From: Candidatus Daviesbacteria bacterium
GTDB taxonomy: Bacteria > Patescibacteriota > Microgenomatia > Daviesbacterales > UBA10151
Reading direction: 5' to 3'
DNA: 64,000 nt
Assembly (NCBI GenBank): GCA_041690695.1
Contig: JBEPVZ010000002.1
Location: 1,454 to 65,453 of the forward strand
Shown here piece by piece: positions 60,082 through 64,000 of this stretch. The notes below the pieces were generated by a model. The model was given only the letters and a program-made list of their open reading frames with translations, ran no database searches and had not been told where the DNA came from. The position numbers were made by a program, and so were the translations under genes. Position 1 is the stretch's first letter, and every line of letters begins with the position of its first letter.

Positions 60082-60120
60082 ATGTAATAACATTGTAGAT
60101 ACATATAAAGATGATGTCAA
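60080..60120 (-). promoter_or_regulatory. TA operon promoter TTGACA-N17-TACAAT with overlapping palindromic operator
   Basis: TTGACA at 60120-60115 and TACAAT at 60097-60092 on minus; inverted repeat ATATGTA-N3-ACA-T-TGT-N3-TACATAT at 60080-60106. Confidence 0.8.
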
Positions 60121-60292
60121 TATTTAATTTTGGATTAGAAAATTTAAATATCTCAGATCTGAGCATATGGTTCGCAGTCCGTGCGGACAATATTTGATAT
60201 TAAACGATAGAATAGATTATTAACTCATTTTAAATAGTTAGAAAACTAGTCTTGACAAGGAGTCTTTTAAAACTGAAATTTAGTGACTTAGT

Positions 60293-60301
60293 TGCTATAA
60301 T
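60293..60301 (+). promoter_or_regulatory. Extended -10 TGcTATAAT, 7 nt before ATG 60309
   Basis: Consensus extended -10; CTGAAA lies 17 bp upstream; no Shine-Dalgarno. Confidence 0.75.
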
Positions 60302-60308
60302 AATCCTA

Positions 60309-60911
60309 ATGAGCGTCTTTAAGGATCGAAATGGTCGGAGTTTAACGCTAGCTACGGCTTTTCGAAAAATTGGCCGGAGATTTTTTAGCTATATTGAGGA
60401 TATTGAACTTCTACTTATTAACACCTTAAGTTGGGTGCCTTCGCATTTTTTTAGACTAGCTCTGTATGCTGGCTGCGGAGTGACGGTTGGACGCAAGAGC
60501 AGAATTCATATTGGTGCTCGATTTTTTGAGCCAAAAGGCGTCAAGATTGGTTGGGGGACGATTGTTGGAGAATTGGCCTTTTTAGATGGTCGGGGAGGTT
60601 TAAAAATTGGTAATCATGTCGATATCGCCTCTCAAGTTATGATTTATACTTCAGAACATAATATTCATTCCGAAAGTTTTGAACCAATCTGTCAGCGAGT
60701 TGAGATTGGTGATTATGTTTTTATTGGTCCTAGAGTGATTATTTTACCAGGAGTTAAGATTGGAAATGGTGCGGTGGTTGGTGCTGGGGCAGTTGTCACT
60801 AAAGATGTTTCGGAACTCGCGATTGTCGGAGGTGTTCCAGCTCAAGTTATTGGTACTCGTAAAGTTTCTAGTCTTCACTACCGTTTAGGTCGAGCTCGAT
60901 TATTTCAATGA
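60309..60911 (+). CDS. Hexapeptide-repeat sugar O-acetyltransferase (WcaF/maltose acetyltransferase-like; start revised to MSVFKD)
   Basis: LDGRGGLKIGNHVDIA, IGDYVFIG.RVIILPGVKIG.GAVVGAGAVVTKDV, GGVPA. Confidence 0.9.
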   Translation: MSVFKDRNGRSLTLATAFRKIGRRFFSYIEDIELLLINTLSWVPSHFFRLALYAGCGVTVGRKSRIHIGARFFEPKGVKIGWGTIVGELAFLDGRGGLKIGNHVDIASQVMIYTSEHNIHSESFEPICQRVEIGDYVFIGPRVIILPGVKIGNGAVVGAGAVVTKDVSELAIVGGVPAQVIGTRKVSSLHYRLGRARLFQ

Positions 60912-61477
60912 TTAAAAAATTTCTAATTGTTATTGTCAGCTTAATTTTTGTTTTAGGAATAGTTTATTTAGTTTTGCCATATCCGTCGTCAATTAATAGT
61001 TTTCCAGGTTTACCTTATTCAACTAAATCGGATCTAGATGGTGATACCTGGCAACATCCCAATATTAGTGCCTATTTTTCTCAGTTAACTCGAGATGAGG
61101 TAACCGCTTTTTATCGCCAGCAACTTCAAAGTCAATTTTGGGTTGGCAAAATAATTTCTCCTTTAACTCAAAATCGACCACCCGAAGAGGCTTATCAATA
61201 TATTCGTGATCAGCAGCAAAGTACATTTCTTGAGGAATATGTCTATCCTTTTAAAGGAGCCTTATTTGTTAATGGCTACGAACCGATTGTCGAAAATGGC
61301 GGGTCAATAGATTTCGTTTCTGACCATATCGAATTTAAAAATCAATATTATATTTCTAAAACCACTCTCCGGTTTTATCCGACTTCTCGAAAGTATTCAA
61401 TTGCCATTTATTTAGGAATTTGGTTAGCCTTGTTTGGTTTATATAAGATGGGTCGAATAATACTCAAGTTGAAATGA
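60908..61477 (+). CDS. Hypothetical protein anchored by N- and C-terminal TM helices
   Basis: 189 aa; hydrophobic ends around a soluble domain (SDLDGDT, RPPEEA...IRDQ..ST.LEE). Confidence 0.7.
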   Translation: MIKKFLIVIVSLIFVLGIVYLVLPYPSSINSFPGLPYSTKSDLDGDTWQHPNISAYFSQLTRDEVTAFYRQQLQSQFWVGKIISPLTQNRPPEEAYQYIRDQQQSTFLEEYVYPFKGALFVNGYEPIVENGGSIDFVSDHIEFKNQYYISKTTLRFYPTSRKYSIAIYLGIWLALFGLYKMGRIILKLK

Positions 61478-62367
61478 AAGTTGCAATTATCATTGTTGAG
61501 TTTAATACCCGAGATATTTTAAAGAACTGTTTAGAATCGATCTATAAATATAAGTGGCAAAACCAGTTTGAAGTTTTAGTAGTCGATAACGCTTCAACTG
61601 ATGATTCAGTCGAAATGGTCAAAAAAAACTTCCCAAAAGTCAAAGTTATTTCAAGTTCAAAAAATTTAGGTTTTGGAGGAGGTAATAATCTTGGATTAAA
61701 GTCTTCAGATGGCGATTATTATTTACTTCTTAATTCGGATACTATTGTTTTAGATAACTCGCTTGATAATTTAGTTGAGTTTGCTAAAACTCACGACTAT
61801 GGTCTTTCGTCTTGTAAACTACTAAATGCTGATAAAACCTTGCAGCCTAACGTCGGTGATTTACCAATTGGACTGGCTTTATTTAACTGGTTATCCGGTT
61901 TAGATGATTTATTGTCTAAATTTGGTTTTAATCTGTCTTCTTTTCATCAAAGATCATCTGCCTTTTATAAAAAGTCCCGCCAAGTTGGTTGGGTCCAGGG
62001 GGCTGCCATGTTAATTAGAAAAGATGTTTTCGAAAAAATTGGCGGGTTGGACGAGGGTATCTTTATGTATGCTGAAGACGTCGAGTACTGTATGAGAGCT
62101 CAAAAAGCTAAATTTAAAATCGGATTTACAAATAAAGCTGAGATTATTCATTTAGGTGGTGCGAGTTCTTCGGACCCTAGTCTAAAACAGTGGTCTGGCG
62201 AATTTATCGGTTTAATCTATATCTACAAAAAATATTTTAGTAGCTTGGCACAACTAATTTTAAAAGTCTTATTGTATATCTTTATTATTATGAGGATAAT
62301 TATCTTCTTAGCCTTAGGCAAATTTAAAATTGCCTCAACCTATGCAAAAATTATATCAACTTTATAA
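61474..62367 (+). CDS. GT2 glycosyltransferase (WbbL-like rhamnosyltransferase subfamily)
   Basis: VDNASTD, NLGFGGGNNLG, LLNSD, WVQGAAM, FMYAEDVE. Confidence 0.9.
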   Translation: MKVAIIIVEFNTRDILKNCLESIYKYKWQNQFEVLVVDNASTDDSVEMVKKNFPKVKVISSSKNLGFGGGNNLGLKSSDGDYYLLLNSDTIVLDNSLDNLVEFAKTHDYGLSSCKLLNADKTLQPNVGDLPIGLALFNWLSGLDDLLSKFGFNLSSFHQRSSAFYKKSRQVGWVQGAAMLIRKDVFEKIGGLDEGIFMYAEDVEYCMRAQKAKFKIGFTNKAEIIHLGGASSSDPSLKQWSGEFIGLIYIYKKYFSSLAQLILKVLLYIFIIMRIIIFLALGKFKIASTYAKIISTL

Positions 62368-63778
62368 TAAATACTTTTTTTGGGTGATAGTTGCCTTAAT
62401 GGCTTTTATCCCTCTTTATCCCAAATTGCCATTATTAAATGTCTCAGGGACTTTCGTGGCGATTAGATTAGAAGACTTTTTAATTGCGGCGACATTAATT
62501 ATTTGGGCGATCTTCTCGGTACCGAAGATTAAAACTTATCTTCATCAGCCGATTCTTCAGGCAATGATCTTATTTTGGTTAATTGGGGGTTTAGGAGTTT
62601 TGTCGGGGGTTTTTATTACCAATAGTGTTAACTTTCATTTAGGTTTTTTTAACTGGTTAAGACGGATCGAGTTTATGTCCTTATTTTTAGTCGGAGCCAC
62701 GGTTTTTCGGACACTTAAACAGATCAGAATATTGGTTGGAACGATTGTTCTAACAACAATTTTAGTTAGTCTGTATGGTTTTGGACAGGTCTGGTTACAT
62801 TTCCCTGTCATTTCAACCAGTAACAACGAATATTCCAAAGGCTTAATCTTAACTTTGACTCCGGGGACTCGGGTTAATTCAACGTTTGCTGGTCAATATG
62901 ATTTAGCGATTTATTTAAATATCGCTTTGGCTATTTTAAGTAGTTTATTTTTTTATTATAAAAAGCTTTTTCAAAAAATTGTTGTTTTAGTCGCTTCCGG
63001 GTTGGGATTTGTGTTGTTAACAATGACGACCGCCCGAATGTCTTTTGCCGCAACCATGACTAGTGTGGCCCTAGCCTTTTGGCTAACCGGTAAAAAGCTC
63101 TTAATTGGCTTATTAATTTTAGGCGGGATAGCGGCCTTAATTATCAGTCCAGATTTAAGGCATCGGATTGTGGCAACAGTAACGGTTAATCTGTTAAACG
63201 GTGGTGGCCCGAAATATAATCCGCCTGCGGGAACTGTTAATATCTTTACCCCAATTCAAAAGATTCCACCGGCTGAGCGCAATCAATACTTAGCTCAAGC
63301 TTTAAAAGAATCGACTTTATCAGCTAGTCAATCATCAAAGATTCCACGAGATATTAGTGCCGGTGAACCGATTAATTCAACTGAGCTTGGGGTTTATCGC
63401 TCACTCGGTATTCGAACGAATGTTGAATGGCCGAGAGCCATTCGGGCTTTTAAAGAAAATCCATTGTTGGGTACTGGATACTCATCAATTACCTTAGCTA
63501 CTGATAATGATATTTTAAGATCTTTAGGTGAAACTGGATTACTTGGAACACTCAGTCTAATCTTTGTGTTTGCGATTTTAATTAAAGGGATGTGGAGGTT
63601 TATAAGACTTGGTCGTGGGCTTAAAAAACTGTTTACAATTGGAGTCTTTACTGGATTTATTGGTTTACTTATGACCAGTACTTTTATTGATGTTTTTGAA
63701 GCTTCAAAAATTGCTGAAGTATTTTGGTTAATATTAGGTGTAAACTGGGCTTTAATAACTCAAGCTGAAGATGATTAA
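62342..63778 (+). CDS. O-antigen ligase/Wzy_C-family membrane protein (start likely MQKLYQ)
   Basis: RVNSTF, LTMTTAR, W.RAIRAF.ENPLLGTG, TDN..LR.LGETGLLG; multi-TM. Confidence 0.85.
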   Translation: MQKLYQLYNKYFFWVIVALMAFIPLYPKLPLLNVSGTFVAIRLEDFLIAATLIIWAIFSVPKIKTYLHQPILQAMILFWLIGGLGVLSGVFITNSVNFHLGFFNWLRRIEFMSLFLVGATVFRTLKQIRILVGTIVLTTILVSLYGFGQVWLHFPVISTSNNEYSKGLILTLTPGTRVNSTFAGQYDLAIYLNIALAILSSLFFYYKKLFQKIVVLVASGLGFVLLTMTTARMSFAATMTSVALAFWLTGKKLLIGLLILGGIAALIISPDLRHRIVATVTVNLLNGGGPKYNPPAGTVNIFTPIQKIPPAERNQYLAQALKESTLSASQSSKIPRDISAGEPINSTELGVYRSLGIRTNVEWPRAIRAFKENPLLGTGYSSITLATDNDILRSLGETGLLGTLSLIFVFAILIKGMWRFIRLGRGLKKLFTIGVFTGFIGLLMTSTFIDVFEASKIAEVFWLILGVNWALITQAEDD

Positions 63779-64000
63779 AAAGATACTTTTAGTTTTAATT
63801 ATTGTGCTGGCTTTCGTTGTCAGACAATACAAGATTGATAATGCCATTGCTGATTGGCATTCTTGGCGCCAAGCCGATACTGCGGCCGTAGCACGAAACT
63901 TTTATAAAGAAGGTTTCAATCCATTTCTTCCAAAATATGATGATATGTCGAGAGTTTCTGAGACCTCGCTTCCTAACCCCAATCGTTATCGATTTGTGGA
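63771..64000 (+). CDS. Partial GT-C glycosyltransferase (PMT_2-like; runs off window end)
   Basis: Manual translation MIKKILLVLIIVLAFVVRQYKIDNAIADWHSWRQADTAAVARNFYKEG...PKYDD...RYRFV; WRQADT first-loop motif. Confidence 0.8.
   Translation, partial: MIKKILLVLIIVLAFVVRQYKIDNAIADWHSWRQADTAAVARNFYKEGFNPFLPKYDDMSRVSETSLPNPNRYRFV

Noticed and set aside
60165-60190. tRNA gene at GGTTCGCAGTCC
   Set aside because: No cloverleaf, D-arm or acceptor stem can be built; kept only as a weak scar hypothesis.
60252-60308. TTG start at 60252 and TTGACA as -35 for the acetyltransferase
   Set aside because: No -10 lies 16-18 bp downstream of this TTGACA; the TGcTATAAT plus ATG 60309 arrangement fits better.
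2077-62838. Short alternative-frame and antisense ORFs of 60-130 aa in the track (e.g. 2077-2268, 4527-4913, 5989-6267, 25564-25872, 30048-30257, 62635-62838)
   Set aside because: They lie wholly or almost wholly inside well-supported genes and show no motifs; these are the expected shadow ORFs.
62342-63778. Interpreting the locus as a classical LPS O-antigen cluster
   Set aside because: No lipid A/core/Kdo, wzz or sugar-pathway genes are present, and the GT-C excess is atypical of such clusters.
1-64000. Alternative genetic code (TGA recoded, as in Gracilibacteria/Absconditabacteria)
   Set aside because: Genes are full length under code 11 and TGA is repeatedly used as the stop in ATGA overlaps.

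Overview
AT-rich, extremely gene-dense bacterial DNA in the standard genetic code (TGA is a stop). Almost the whole window is one very large cell-surface glycosylation locus that runs off both edges. The gene style suggests a Candidate Phyla Radiation/Patescibacteria genome, probably Microgenomates-like (inference). I count about 17 polytopic GT-C-fold glycosyltransferases: ArnT/PMT_2-like, PIG-V-like, ALG6/GT87-like and AftD/YfhO-like, including one apparently degenerate copy and one partial gene. There are also 16 GT2 enzymes (three resemble polyprenyl-phosphate sugar synthases), 7 GT4 enzymes, 2 Wzx-type flippases, 1 O-antigen-ligase/Wzy_C-type protein, 4 SAM methyltransferases, 2 hexapeptide acetyltransferases, 2 deacetylase-like proteins, an FAD oxidoreductase and an inserted AbrB/MazE-PemK/MazF toxin-antitoxin pair. 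I found no RNA genes, CRISPR array or transposase. The clearest non-coding signal is the expression architecture. Most intergenic gaps over about 30 bp hold a sigma70-type -10 box, often TG-extended or with a -35 at 17 bp, only 6-13 nt before the ATG and without a Shine-Dalgarno. Internal genes are joined by overlapping stop/start codons. One 32-bp gap is a near-perfect palindrome that looks like two back-to-back leaderless promoters. All family calls come from motif reading by eye, not database searches.
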